From: Octopus bimaculoides
Lineage: Eukaryota
Assembly (NCBI RefSeq): GCF_001194135.2
Contig: NC_068981.1
Span: forward strand, 30,669,702-30,733,539
Length of the DNA stretch: 63,838 nucleotides
Direction of reading: 5' to 3'
Positions 1 to 14,015 of the stretch are shown piece by piece (the stretch's first letter is position 1; every line of letters starts with the position of its first letter). Below the pieces are notes generated by a model. That model was given only the letters and a program-made list of their open reading frames with translations, was not told the DNA's origin and did no database searches. The translations under genes were made by a program, and so were the position numbers.

Positions 1-41
<41 letters not shown>

Positions 42-68
42 GATGATGATGATGATGATGATGATGAT

Positions 69-113
<45 letters not shown>
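1..113. repeat. Compound trinucleotide microsatellite (CTA)n-(GAT)n-(AAT)n
   Basis: Read directly from sequence. Confidence 0.95.
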
Positions 114-114
<1 letters not shown>

Positions 115-574
115 GCGTTAAGTAGGATATCTCACGGAAAATAACTAAGAAAAAGAGAGGGGAAAATTTTACACAGGCAATTTAATGATAAAAGTGAAAT
201 ACGTAAAACAAGATAAATATATTTAAAGAAAAGTTTTCCCTCCCTTTGGGTAAACATAACAACTGCTCAAATATAGAATCCAATTAAGATAATATGTCCT
301 GGAAAAAAAAGGAAGAATCTTATACATATCATGCGATGCACTGGAAAGTTCCTTGAAACTAATCAGAAGGCTGCGAACATTTCCGTCAACTCTGTGTATG
401 ACGAAAATACATACATATACACTTTCTCTCTCTCTCCCTCTCTCCCACTTTTATTATGTACATACATGCGTACATACATAGAATAAAAAACAGATATATA
501 CTATAAAATCTATCTATCTATACACACACACACATATATATTCATATTTATAGATTTATGTGTACCTAAAACAT

Positions 575-609
<35 letters not shown>

Positions 610-1014
610 CNNNNNNNNNNNNNNNNNNNNNNNNNNNNNNNNNNNNNNNNNNNNNNNNNNNNNNNNNNNNNNNNNNNNNNNNNNNNNNNNNNNNNNNNNN
701 NNNNNNNNNNNNNNNNNNNNNNNNNNNNNNNNNNNNNNNNNNNNNNNNNNNNNNNNNNNNNNNNNNNNNNNNNNNNNNNNNNNNNNNNNNNNNNNNNNNN
801 NNNNNNNNNNNNNNNNNNNNNNNNNNNNNNNNNNNNNNNNNNNNNNNNNNNNNNNNNNNNNNNNNNNNNNNNNNNNNNNNNNNNNNNNNNNNNNNNNNNN
901 NNNNNNNNNNNNNNNNNNNNNNNNNNNNNNNNNNNNNNNNNNNNNNNNNNNNNNNNNNNNNNNNNNNNNNNNNNNNNNNNNNNNNNNNNNNNNNNNNNNN
1001 NNNNNNNNNNNNNN

Positions 1015-1048
<34 letters not shown>

Positions 1049-1285
1049 TATTGTATACATACGTACAAATATATATATTTGAGAAAGAGTGATATAGATG
1101 CACAGGAAAAGAAGAGGTGAGAGAAAATTATGATAAACGCTATTGTTTATCGCCGTAATCTGAGTCAAAATACTGAGAGACATTTTGAATCATAAAAAAA
1201 CCCGTTTCGTTTAAATTGTATATTTGTTTCTGAGAAACATCTATATTCACGCACACACGTACACGCGTCCCCACACACACGCACG

Positions 1286-1331
<46 letters not shown>

Positions 1332-1831
1332 AGTACACATATATACTGTTCGGAATTATACTCAAGCATCACATATACGCACGCAGGGACAACCCAGTTA
1401 CATAATTCTGAATGCCAAAGTATGGTAGATTACTACGGAACTCACATTAAAATAAATATATATTGATTTAACTCTTATTAGAGGCCACATGTTCCAGCCC
1501 GTTCTCATCCGGTCTCGTAACGGAGTTCGTTATAATGGAGCTGATATTGACTTGTAAATATATTTGTTTTCAATCGACGATTCAGTCTCGTTGTTATTGG
1601 AAGAAATTGAATAACGCAGGGAAATTTCCAAATTTTGGAAGAAGATTTACTCAGCAATGTTTCTATTGTTTTGATAATGGATGCTAAAGCGGTCTCATTT
1701 CTTCGTGTATATTACAACATACACAGGATTTGCAACATTAAATTCATAATCACAATAACTACAAACTACAAATATGTTATAGAGGGTGTTGTTACGGTCT
1801 ATTACATCAATCTCTGGGAGAACATATAAAC

Positions 1832-2140
1832 CAGTGGTTTTCAACCGGGGTCTATATAAGTTTTACGGGGTCCACGCAAAAAAATAGTAAACTGGGGATC
1901 CAAAGTAGTATTTTAAGACCCCTGAAAAATTTTACTTCATATGTATGTATTGCAAGAAACAACTAGGTTGCTTTCTTTAACATTTTACAAAGTTCAACAT
2001 TCACAAGTCTGAAAAACAAAATAGTAATTTTGAAAGAAGTTTCTATAAAACTGTTTTTTAAACATCGAATGGCTCTGGGGTCCACCAAAATAAGATAGTA
2101 ATCAAAGGGGTCCATAGTTAAAAATTGTTTGAGAACCATA
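1832..2140. mobile_element. hAT (Charlie-like) MITE
   Basis: Left TIR CAGTGGTTTTCAACC; degenerate right TIR GTTTGAGAACCA; flanks ATATAAAC / ATATAGCT resemble a decayed 8-bp TSD; repeated internal GGGGTCCA motifs. Confidence 0.65.
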
Positions 2141-2436
2141 TAGCTAAGACACTCGCTTCATAATAACATGGGTGTTGGTCCGCTAAATCTACAGCAAGGA
2201 ACAATGGCCAAATGTTTTGTCTGATATGAATCTTTGGATTGAAATTGGGTGAATGGGAACTTTTCGAATGGTTATACTGGCTATTGGAAATATATATATT
2301 TGTCGCTAGGATTAACATCACTGCCCGATCTCTGGGTAGCTTTAGAGGCGATCATTCTTTTACAAGCATTTGGACCAGATTTTGCTAAAACATTATATTT
2401 CATTATTGGGTTTTCGCTTGACGCTGTTATATTCGT

Positions 2437-2612
2437 TCACTTGTTTCAGTCATTTGACTGCGGCCATGCTGGAGCACCGCCTTGAAGGGTTTTAGTCGAA
2501 CAGATTGACCCCGGGACTTATGCCTTAAACTTGGTACTTATTTTGTCGTTCGGTTTTGCCGAACGGCTAACTTACGGGGATGTAAACACATCAACACCGG
2601 TTGTCAAGTAGT
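2437..2612 (-). mobile_element. SINE family C, 3' half
   Basis: Reverse-complement match to the tail of the full copy at 43319-43719 (TTGACAACCG..GTGTTTACATCCCCGTAA..GGCGGTGCTCCAGCATGGCCGCAGTCAAATGACT). Confidence 0.8.
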
Positions 2613-3370
2613 GATTGGTGGGACAAACACAGACACAAAGACATATACATACATACATACATGCATGCATACGTACATACATACATATATACAAACATGC
2701 ATGTATATATATATATATATATNNNNNNNNNNNNNNNNNNNNNNNNNNNNNNNNNNNNNNNNNNNNNNNNNNNNNNNNNNNNNNNNNNNNNNNNNNNNNN
2801 NNNNNNNNNNNNNNNNNNNNNNNNNNNNNNNNNNNNNNNNNNNNNNNNNNNNNNNNNNNNNNNNNNNNNNNNNNNNNNNNNNNNNNNNNNNNNNNNNNNN
2901 NNNNNNNNNNNNNNNNNNNNNNNNNNNNNNNNNNNNNNNNNNNNNNNNNNNNNNNNNNNNNNNNNNNNNNNNNNNNNNNNNNNNNNNNNNNNNNNNNNNN
3001 NNNNNNNNNNNNNNNNNNNNNNNNNNNNNNNNNNNNNNNNNNNNNNNNNNNNNNNNNNNNNNNNNNNNNNNNNNNNNNNNNNNNNNNNNNNNNNNNNNNN
3101 NNNNNNNNNNNNNNNNNNNNNNNNNNNNNNNNNNNNNNNNNNNNNNNNNNNNNNNNNNNNNNNNNNNNNNNNNNNNNNNNNNNNNNNNNNNNNNNNNNNN
3201 NNNNNNNNNNNNNNNNNNNNNNNNNNNNNNNNNNNNNNNNNNNNNNNNNNNNNNNNNNNNNNNNNNNNNNNNNNNNNNNNNNNNNNNNNNNNNNNNNNNN
3301 NNNNNNNNNNNNNNNNNNNNNNNNNNNNNNNNNNNNNNNNNNNNNNNNNNNNNNNNNNNNNNNNNNNNNC

Positions 3371-4245
3371 ACTCACAAGAGCTGCAGCCATTTTGCTACA
3401 CTTTTATTACTCAGATCCTCTTCCAATATGTGGCAATTGGTGAAGAATGGAGTTTGATGTAGCTACCCTCATTTGCACTTCTTGCCGTGAGGTAGGTTCA
3501 GCTGGGACTCTAGACAGGAAGAGGTCCAACTTTGATTTTAAAACACCTACATCTACTTTGTGCAGGCTCCTCAGGCTCTTTGGGAAAACATTAAAAAGTT
3601 GTGGGCCCCTGAAATCCAGGCTGTTGCAGTAACTAGTCCTGAAGTGCGGTGGCGTTGCTGGGATCTTTGGCACTATGCAGTGTCGTCCCGTTCTGTTATT
3701 GATGTTGCTTTCAATGCCAAAATTTGGCACAATTCCTTCCAGGATCTTCCAGATGTATATTACTGCATACCTCTCCCGCTTTCGCTCCAGTGAAAAGAGT
3801 CTTAGCTGTTTCAGCCTTTCCCAATAGCTGAGCAGTTGCAAAGAGACGATCTTCTTTGTGCATCTTCTCTGGATTGCTTCAAGGTCCGCTGTTAATTTCA
3901 CACTGGTGGGTGACCATAGCCCTGAGCAGTAATCCAGGCAGATGAGGATGAATGTCCTCAAGAGGACCATCATGGTTTCCTTATCTTCGCTTCTGAATGT
4001 CCTCAGGATCCATCCAGCCAGTCGTCTGCACTTTGTCGCCGTCCTGGTAATGTGCATTTGGAAAGAGGTATCATCACTCATGTCGATACCCAGATCCCTC
4101 ACTGATTTAGGATCTGGGATTGAAATTCCCTGTGGACCAGTGTACTCTGTAAGTTTCATATTCAGTTTTGGACGCTGGTAGCGCAGAGTTTGGAATTTGT
4201 CAGCATTAAACTGCATATTATTATCCTCAGCCCATCTGTAAATTG
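3371..4245 (-). mobile_element. CR1/L2-group non-LTR retrotransposon, ORF2 C-terminal part (RT thumb/tail), 5'-truncated
   Basis: ORF 3407-4216 reads (IYRWAEDNN)MQFNADKF..VRDLGIDMS..WILRTF..LDYCSGLWSP..LEAIQRR.TKKI..LSYWERLKQLRLFSLERKRERY..IYIWKILEG, typical of CR1/Jockey-group RT C-termini. Confidence 0.9.
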
Positions 4246-4320
4246 AGAATTAAAGAATAAAAGAATATCGTGTGATGACTTAACCTCTTTCTTTTTCGCA
4301 TGTCAAATGACATTTTAAAT

Positions 4321-4536
4321 CAGTGGTTCTCAGCTATTTTTTGGCCTATGGATCTTTTTAATTCCTGTTTTATTCTAAGAAGGTCCATAGCTACTCGCTG
4401 TATATAAACTTACTCTATTTTTATAATTAAATATTATTTAGAATTGTATAAAAAAATTTATATGTTGTAGAAGTATAACCAATTTATTGCACAAAATTTT
4501 AACAAAATCTTATATGGAGCCCGGTTGAGAATCATG
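4321..4536. mobile_element. hAT (Charlie-like) MITE
   Basis: Left TIR CAGTGGTTCTCAGC, right TIR GGTTGAGAATCATG; AT-rich interior. Confidence 0.6.
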
Positions 4537-5102
4537 AGAATCATGGTTGTGGCTCCCTCTTTGGGTAGAGAATTTTCTTTGTCTCGAGGTGCTTCGTCCA
4601 AACAATATGCTGAACCTTCTTACCAAAACAAATCTTCACAGTTATTTAAACGAGATGCAGGTATGACTTTCAAAGCTATATCCAATTTTCTAATATATCT
4701 AATTTATATGCATTTATTTAAGAACTCTCACGAACACACACATTAGTTATGAAAAGAGGCTAAAGTAATATATTATCATGGAAACCTGCTAAATACGAAT
4801 GATCAGAGATGTATGTAACGTGTCTCTTAATTAATGGAAATCAGTTATATCCCAGTTAGAATTTGCGCTATTTTAAAGGATGATTACTCCATTTCTTAAA
4901 CAGGTTTCAATTAATATGACATGCGATTTTCTAAGCTTTTACGCAGGTACGAAAATGAGTTGATATTTTAATGTACAAGATAAGTTCTATTGCACACATA
5001 CAAGCATAAACACATGCAATATGACATTGAGACGCTTGTAAATAAGTACGCACGTACATTCAAACGTATATGCACACATACATTCATTCAAACAGTTATA
5101 TA

Positions 5103-5133
<31 letters not shown>

Positions 5134-5345
5134 NNNNNNNNNNNNNNNNNNNNNNNNNNNNNNNNNNNNNNNNNNNNNNNNNNNNNNNNNNNNNNNNNNN
5201 NNNNNNNNNNNNNNNNNNNNNNNNNNNNNNNNNNNNNNNNNNNNNNNNNNNNNNNNNNNNNNNNNNNNNNNNNNNNNNNNNNNNNNNNNNNNNNNNNNNN
5301 NNNNNNNNNNNNNNNNNNNNNNNNNNNNNNNNNNNNNNNNNNNTA

Positions 5346-5376
<31 letters not shown>

Positions 5377-5424
5377 GTGTGTGTGTGTTTATGCATATAT
5401 ACATACATACATACATACATATAC

Positions 5425-5471
<47 letters not shown>

Positions 5472-6269
5472 AATATATTCATGCTCATATATATGTATAC
5501 ATATACACACATACATATATATGTATAGTACATGTAAATACATATTTTACAGCTCAAGCAGACATACACATATGTGTGGATGCATGTATGAATGCATATA
5601 ATATATATTAAACAAAGTAAAGTTATTAGCTCAATTTCGTAGCCGAATAAATGAAAAGTTAGAAATTTCGCATGTCATATTGATGGGACATTACAAATCT
5701 AAATTAATAACCTTACAAAGTATCGCAAACCTAAAAAGGACAATGCTGATTTCATATAGTTTTAAATAATATAGAACATAAGTTTTTCAACACATTACGA
5801 CACTTTCCCGTCACTTTCTCAATTTCGTTCTATTATTTGTGAGGGAGTTCAAATGTTAATAAGCATTTTAATACACGAGCCTCTTTGCGAAGTTTCTCTG
5901 TGACGTGATATTGTAGTTCGTGCCACTCGATATTTGTATATATATTATAAATGTTATACGCCGGTATTTTAATCTAAGGCTGTTCAATGCATATATTAAT
6001 AAACATTCATTAGAGCCATGAAATTGGTGTAAATAGCATTTTAGTGCACAGAATCAAACATACTTACAATTTGGAAATAATCAACATCTTGTAAAAGTTT
6101 TCGTTAAAATCTATACATTCTCACACTATTCACAATGTGTTTATCTTTATTTTTATGTAGCAATAGGACTCATAAAACAGGTTACTCGGCTTCCATGACG
6201 ATGTGTAACCAAGATCACAATGTTCCCTTGAATAGGAAGGACACCGCTCCGTTGTAGGATTCAATAACA

Positions 6270-6462
6270 GAAATTTTTGTGAGGAAGAGAGAAGCCGATT
6301 ACATCGATCCTGGTACTTGACTGGCGTTTTACATCATCGACCCCGAAGGGATGAAAGGTAAAGTTGGCCTCGGCTGGATTTGAACACAGGACGAAAAGAG
6401 TGGGAAAAAATGCTGCTAAGCATTTTGTCCGATGTGCTGACTATTCTGCCTGCTCTCGTTCT
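6270..6462 (-). mobile_element. tRNA-derived SINE family A (diverged)
   Basis: Reverse complement of the family-A body (ATCGACCCCGAAGGGATGAAAGGTAAAGTT..ATTTGAAC..GCTAAGCATTT). Confidence 0.8.
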
Positions 6463-7099
6463 TACACAATGTGCTACATCAACAAATTAAACTCCCAAAG
6501 AAAAACAAAAACCCTGTAACATCAACTATCTGTCGTGAGTTACTCATATATTTATACACACATTCATGCTGCTTGATAAAATCAAGGTAAAGTGTAGCCT
6601 TTCTTGGACTTCTGAGAGTGGCAGACCAACCATATACTGAGACAAACCAACCACTCAAATTGGGAGATCAGGAATAGTGCACTGGATATTGTTGTCAGGA
6701 ATTAACTTTTACAGGAAGGTAAATTTATTTTAGGAACGTGATGTGCATCTTTTTCTAAGCGTTTCTATGCGTTTTCTGTAATACGACAAATTGTTGACAA
6801 GAAAAATAACTTCGACAAATAATTAGACTGATACAAAGGGGTGTAGAAAAAAAGTTAAAAGAAAAAATGAAAAAACGATGACTCTATTTTCTTTTCAACT
6901 GTTAGCAAATTCCCCATTAGTATTTCTAAATGGTAAACTGAAACAAATGTTATGAAGCGGGGCAAAGAAATATGTTAAATTTCTGAGGAAATTATTTCCT
7001 GGATGAATAAAAGAATATATAAAATACCATATAATTAAATTCAGGATAGCTATATGTATACAAATAAGTGTGTGTGTGTTTGTGATAGAGAGAAAAAGA

Positions 7100-7320
<221 letters not shown>

Positions 7321-7616
7321 GAGAGATATAAACATATTCATACATATACATATTTTAAGATGTTTTCTTAACAGAGAGCCTAACTTTGGACATGCTGCAG
7401 ATGAAAAGGATAACCTGTCAAGTGGCGGATGAACGCAGGAAGATTAACGACCATTTAGTAGTATGAATTACGACATGGGCATATATGTTTTGGTAGGAGT
7501 CTATGACAGATACAAGTGTTGGTAAAATGCATCTTGTTTTCTTTTCAGCTCATTCTCACGGTATCAAATACCTAGAGAGTGCTAAGTGTTACACATGCTT
7601 TAGTGATGTGTTAATA

Positions 7617-7975
7617 TTGGGTTGTCCGGAAAGTTCGTGCTGATTTTTAAAGGTAAGAAAAAGGTCAATAAATACTTGCCATTACATTTTTAATCAACCA
7701 AATATGAACCATTTTGTTGCACAATGCGTCTCAATCTTTCCTTTAACTTGAAAANNNNNNNNNNTTTGTTGCACAATGCGTCTCAATCTTTCCTTTAACT
7801 TGAAAATACCTTCTTCCCAGAATTGAGGTGGTTTCATGGCATATAAGTTGAAAGGTAAGCTACTACAAATCGTTTCAAGTTGATCTGCGTAAAATGTATA
7901 ATTACCATTTTCGTTAGCAGTAAATGATATGGGGTTAAGAAACTTAGTACTTCTTTTGAACACAAATTTGGCACT
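7617..7975 (-). mobile_element. Mariner deletion derivative (3' end and TIR)
   Basis: TA|TTGGGTTGTCCGGAAAGTTCGTGC TIR; minus-strand PPQFWEEGIFKLKERLRRIVQQ matches the mariner C-terminal helix; same family as 57266-57495. Confidence 0.8.
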
Positions 7976-8372
7976 TAATAAATGAAAGTCTATGAAATGA
8001 GGTCACAATTGCAGTAGGCATTAAGGATCCTATATCTGACTTGAAGTGTTTTGTATCATGTACTTAATTTTTCTCGTAATGCCTGACACAACCGCATTGA
8101 AGCTTTTTTTTTTCCAAAGAAAGTCATGTACGATAAAGAAAAGCAAACATTTAGAGCAAACACTTAAATAGAATAATGGCATGTATAGAAATAAATGTCA
8201 GAGCATACTTATGAGCGAATAGCGTGCGTGAAGTAAGAAGGGTCAATGAAGGTAATGTGCTGTTAACAACAATCAGGGAAATGAAGCAAAATATAATTTA
8301 AATGCTTGCAGGAAGTCTGATTGCTAACGGCTACAGTTTGGTGTAGATGTGAAGAATGCAGTAGAGGAATAA

Positions 8373-8950
8373 CTACTGTAGGGCTGCTTTGAAGACGACA
8401 TTTTTTGTTTTTCGTTCAGGAGCATAGATCACTAAGGGGTCTGGGTGGCCAACCCTGGAACAACCGACGTAGAACTGTCCATGTGAATAGCATGATGTTG
8501 GAAGGTCCAATCTGGCAACTATCAGCGACTGACTTTCTGCTTCGTTAATTGTCATGGCAGAGCTGAGTTTCAGAGGGAACTGAAATCTTTGCATAAGATA
8601 GGAGCAATCTGATGGAGTTAGCAAAATTTTCGGAAGGAAAACGGTATCGTATTTGCCGTGTCTCGTGATAATTTGGGCTTCAATGACGTGGTCCACCATT
8701 TGTTTAACCACAAGGCGAGTTCTATTGCATAGTATGGGTGCGTTTAAATTGCGTAGGAGGATGACAGGGCAAACGTAAGTGAAGTTCATGGGGAAGGAGT
8801 CCTGGAGGATCTTGGGAGTTGAGAAATTCAGCTGATCGAGGTCGGTAAGGGTGTCAACTGATGTGTAACAAGGTTCTTGAGAAGGTAGCTGACTAAGTCG
8901 TATTTAAGAGTGTTGACAGCTGCATTTGTAGGTGCAAGAACAGCCCTGTC
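8373..8950 (-). mobile_element. Helitron RepHel PIF1-like helicase C-terminal fragment (frameshifted)
   Basis: RAVLAPTNAAVN..EFLNSQDPPGLLPHEL [frameshift] PVILLRNLNAPILCNRTRL..RFQFPLKLSSAMTINEAESQSL..CYSHGQFYVGCSRVG; degenerate versions of PIF1/Helitron motifs TINKSQGQSL and FSHGQLYVACSRV. Confidence 0.88.
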
Positions 8951-9394
8951 GTGAAGCCGATATGGTTTGGTGGTTTGCAATGAATGGACATTTTAAAAAC
9001 TGTGCAACTGTCACAACTTGGTATGAGTAAAGGCATATGTATAATATGGATTAATTTCTGAAGGGATTAAAAATATTTAAAATTTGAACTACATTGCATG
9101 GGTACATGAAAGTGCTAATATGAAAATATGGTCGGTCTGCAGTGAATGGGCATTGCAAAGATTTACGGTCGGTCACATATACAAACACATACATCTTTCA
9201 GTGTAAGGAAGAAATCAATTTCTGACTGTTATTTCGCCAAGAGTTACCTCCTTTGTCCACTGTGTAAGGTCTTTGTGAGCTTCTAACCCTTTTTTGAGCT
9301 TCTGACACTAGAAGCTCCATAACTCCATATTACTCCATAAGTGAAAAGTCTAAAGAGTGTACAACCATCTGTGGAATATAAGTGATGTATTTGC

Positions 9395-9800
9395 CAAGCA
9401 TGAACGAAATCGTGTGGCTTGCTGCAGAGTCATGTTGCCAGACATAGGGTCTTCCAGCAGCCACCCTCTTGACCCAGGGTAGCACTACCTCTTCCAGGCA
9501 CTTGATGTAGGCCTCCGTGTTGATTTTGAGGCCGTTTGGGAAGATGAATGGAAGCATAATATCGCCATCACTACTAATCACTCCAAACACCATGATGTTG
9601 ACAGGATGTTTGATTTTGATCACTCTCGGTACATGTTTTGGGGACACGGCAAGCCAACGGTTGTTTTCTGTGTTCACCATATGTTCGTATTGTAGCTTCC
9701 GGCGTGAATGCCAAGCAGCACAGCATGTCATTTCCAAATTTCTGACAAAGTGAAATGTGTCATGGTGCTGTTTTTCTTAGAGACAGTGCCCAACTGCCCC
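9395..9800 (-). mobile_element. Tc1/mariner maT (DD37D-type) transposase remnant, internally deleted
   Basis: RWLAVSPKHVPRVIKIKHPVNIMVFGVISSDGDIMLPFIFPNGLKINTEAYIKCLEEVVLPWVKRVAAGRPYVWQHDSAASH; a probable N-terminus MTHFTLSEIWK*HAVLLGI starts at 9763. Confidence 0.8.
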
Positions 9801-10097
9801 TACTATACTGTTTAGTCGACAAAATAAAAATAAATATTCATGTGCGAGATTGGAAATATAAAATGGTGACAATTTACCCATCACAACCTGTGTATGTTTA
9901 TATATATATATATATTGAAACAATCATTTATGTTCTGTACACTAGCGCTCGTATTCGCTGGTACCATGACTAAATATACGATATACACTAGGTATATGAA
10001 CGATATACTTGTACTAATTGACACGAAAAAAGATGTCGATAATGTAAAACTTAGGTAACATATCTACTAATGCAATTCAGCATTGACTACAGTAATA

Positions 10098-10311
10098 ATT
10101 CTTTTTACTACAGGCACAAGGCCAGATATTCGTAGGGAGGGCGTTATTCGATTAAATCGACACCAGTACCTGACAGGTACTTATTTTATCGACCGTGAAA
10201 CGGATGAACGGGAAGAAGTCGACCTCTGCAAAATTTGAACTCAGAACGTAAAGAACGATAAGAAATGTTGCTATGTATCATGTGTGCCAACGAATCTGAT
10301 AGTTTGCTGTA
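10098..10311 (-). mobile_element. tRNA-derived SINE family A
   Basis: GGCACAAGGCC..ATCGACACCAGTAC..GGTACTTATTTTATCGACC..AAGTCGACCTC..ATTTGAACTCAGAACGTAAAG. Confidence 0.82.
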
Positions 10312-10846
10312 TTTTCCGGGCAGTAATAATAAAAATTTATTTCTAGACATAGACATACAGTTAGAAAATATGAAATATAATAACGTTCGTTTATAGCTTC
10401 GCTATAAATGATAGGATATAGTTATATGGATACAAGGAATGCCAACTCAACTACAAAATATTAGTCATAAAATTCTGACTTAGAAGTGCTTATAGATTCT
10501 TCTACAGAAAAGAAGCATGAGACAAAGAGATCCAACATACAATACGCACTAATCACGACGGTTATTCTTAAAACTAATAAATCAATATGTTAAACAATAT
10601 GCAGCACAAATACTAGGCGACAAATACATTAGACAACATTAGACAATTTATATGTGATTATACAAATCACATATAAATTGTATCATATTGCTCAAATGCA
10701 TACCAACTAGAATATGGATAAATATATCAAAATGTTTATGAGAGAAAATGCTTTACACTAAACTGTAAGCTGACACAATATTTTAGAACATTAATACCAC
10801 CAAATTATTAGCCTGAAACTCGCAGACGCACACACACATATAAGTA

Positions 10847-10937
<91 letters not shown>

Positions 10938-10949
10938 GGATATATGCTC

Positions 10950-11605
10950 TGTGTTCTAAACTTAACTGATTTGAAGTGCTAACATATACATGTCTTCTCT
11001 TGGCGTAAAAGATGAGCTATGGCAAATATTCTGTTCAATACAAGAAAGCTGCTTGTCAGTTCCTTGATCTTAACCAGTTAAGCATGGCTCTTAGTGGCCG
11101 ACGTTATACGTGCATCTTTGATAATGAACAGGAGAAGTGGGAGAGCAATGTAGCCATGTGTTGAAAAGGATTCTTTTGGGTTCGAATAATTCACACTTGG
11201 AAACATGGGTGTTTCGGTCATCATCCTTAAACAATACTTATTCGGGGACCATTTGAGCGGATGGGGCTACTCGATATGAAAAAAAAGAAAAGAAAAACCT
11301 AACTGGACACCACGTGGAAGGTTATGCGCTGTTTATCTTAACACGAGGTCTCCATGCTACACACATATGGTTGTGAGGAATGTGACTGGTGTTTTGTCTT
11401 GGTATAAAAGAGGGGCTACAACAAATATTCTGCTCAGCACCTCAGATTTGCTCAGTTGTTTGATCTTAACCAGTTGAGCACGTCCCTTGGGGGACTAACG
11501 ATATGTGCATTTCTGATCACGAGCAGAGGAAGTGGGGGAGCATTATAGCCATGTGTTGAAAGTGATGCTGTGGGGATTGAATAATTCACATTTCGAAACA
11601 TGGGT
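10950..11605. repeat. Two adjacent truncated copies (about 10950-11395 and 11396-11605) of the ~555-bp element at 38903-39457
   Basis: Shared blocks CAAATATTCTG..TTGATCTTAACCAGTT.AGCA.G..CTT.G.GG..GACG.TAT..GTGCAT..CTGAT..GAAGTGGG.GAGCA..TAGCCATGTGTTGA..GAATAATTCAC..GGAAACATGGG. Confidence 0.85.
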
Positions 11606-11970
11606 TTATACATGTATATGTGTTCGTGTGTATGTGTAGGTGGGTTTGTAAGTATGGGCGTAGGAATAGAGTAATATTTTTGTATATTTTCAATTATTAA
11701 GTTCATCTGTACGTTTCGGAATATAATTTTATGTATATCATAATTTGCAAATCCCTTCTAAAGACTAGGATAATAGTTCGGAAAACTTATAATCTCGTTA
11801 ACACTAAATCTCCACAGATAGTTGGGTATTTCATATCTTGTATCCTATTAAAACTTCGATGCAGTTCTTCATGCGGTTTCATCGTGGATAAGCTTTAATT
11901 ATAATTCGATTAATTATATACAAGTGTACATATATAATACATACACACACACACATATGATATATATACC

Positions 11971-12013
<43 letters not shown>

Positions 12014-13003
12014 NNNNNNNNNNNNNNNNNNNNNNNNNNNNNNNNNNNNNNNNNNNNNNNNNNNNNNNNNNNNNNNNNNNNNNNNNNNNNNNNNNNNNNN
12101 NNNNNNNNNNNNNNNNNNNNNNNNNNNNNNNNNNNNNNNNNNNNNNNNNNNNNNNNNNNNNNNNNNNNNNNNNNNNNNNNNNNNNNNNNNNNNNNNNNNN
12201 NNNNNNNNNNNNNNNNNNNNNNNNNNNNNNNNNNNNNNNNNNNNNNNNNNNNNNNNNNNNNNNNNNNNNNNNNNNNNNNNNNNNNNNNNNNNNNNNNNNN
12301 NNNNNNNNNNNNNNNNNNNNNNNNNNNNNNNNNNNNNNNNNNNNNNNNNNNNNNNNNNNNNNNNNNNNNNNNNNNNNNNNNNNNNNNNNNNNNNNNNNNN
12401 NNNNNNNNNNNNNNNNNNNNNNNNNNNNNNNNNNNNNNNNNNNNNNNNNNNNNNNNNNNNNNNNNNNNNNNNNNNNNNNNNNNNNNNNNNNNNNNNNNNN
12501 NNNNNNNNNNNNNNNNNNNNNNNNNNNNNNNNNNNNNNNNNNNNNNNNNNNNNNNNNNNNNNNNNNNNNNNNNNNNNNNNNNNNNNNNNNNNNNNNNNNN
12601 NNNNNNNNNNNNNNNNNNNNNNNNNNNNNNNNNNNNNNNNNNNNNNNNNNNNNNNNNNNNNNNNNNNNNNNNNNNNNNNNNNNNNNNNNNNNNNNNNNNN
12701 NNNNNNNNNNNNNNNNNNNNNNNNNNNNNNNNNNNNNNNNNNNNNNNNNNNNNNNNNNNNNNNNNNNNNNNNNNNNNNNNNNNNNNNNNNNNNNNNNNNN
12801 NNATATATATGCATGCATATGTGCGTGTATGTATTATATATGTGTATGTGTGCATATATAGATATAGATAGATACATAAATAGATAGATATACAGATAGA
12901 TAAATAGATAGAGATCGCCAGATGCCGATACATATGCATATGCACACACGCGCAGGAGTGCACACATACACACACACACACATACACATACACACACAAA
13001 TAT

Positions 13004-13098
<95 letters not shown>

Positions 13099-13630
13099 TA
13101 GATAGATATTTATATTTATATTCAATATCTATTTATATTTATATTCAATGGAAGCATATTTAGTATACAAATCAGAGTAATTAATGGATTCTAATTTTGA
13201 TAAAAAGCCGCTGTACAGGAAGCTCTGTGGGTCGATACCAGTGTCACTAATTCTTGACTTCTATTGTACTTGTAATGTACTTAATCTATTATATGTCCTT
13301 ATTAATGTTAATATATCACCTTATACTGTTTAAGCGTTAGAATATATCTTTCTATTAGGGTTTATAATTCAGACAGTAAAATTACATATTTTGACAATTG
13401 CATGGTCAATCCATTTCTTTTTTGTTCGATCACATTATTTTGAAATTCCGAATAGGGACTTTTCTGCATTGTTTAACCGTTGCAATTATTCAATAATCAA
13501 AGGAAAGAAAAGCTTGTAACATTGGTATTTACATCAATTTTTGCACTTCAGTTCCTCTTTATTATTCAAATCAATGCAAAATATCCTATCTTAAAGGTAG
13601 CGTGTTTGCACTAGTATTTACAATTATATA

Positions 13631-13678
<48 letters not shown>

Positions 13679-13814
13679 CACTCACAAGCACAATCCACAC
13701 ACACACAGGTGCACGCACGTATATACACACACACACACGTACGCACACATATATGCACGTGCGCACTCACACATGTATGTATGCAGATAGATGTATATAT
13801 ATATATATATGTGT

Positions 13815-14015
13815 TATTTCTTTACTACCCACAAGGGGCTACACACAGAGGGGACAAACAAGGACAGACAAACAGATTAAGTCGATTATACCGACTCCAG
13901 TGCGTAACTGATACTTATTTGATCGACCCCGAAAGGATGAAAGGCAAAGTCGACCTCGGCGGAATTTGAACTCAGAACGTAGCGGCAGATGAAATACCGC
14001 TAAGCATTTCGCCCG

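Noticed and set aside
7710-7807. About 43-bp direct duplication on both sides of a 10-N gap
   Set aside because: Typical overlapping contig ends in a scaffold; probably an assembly artefact.
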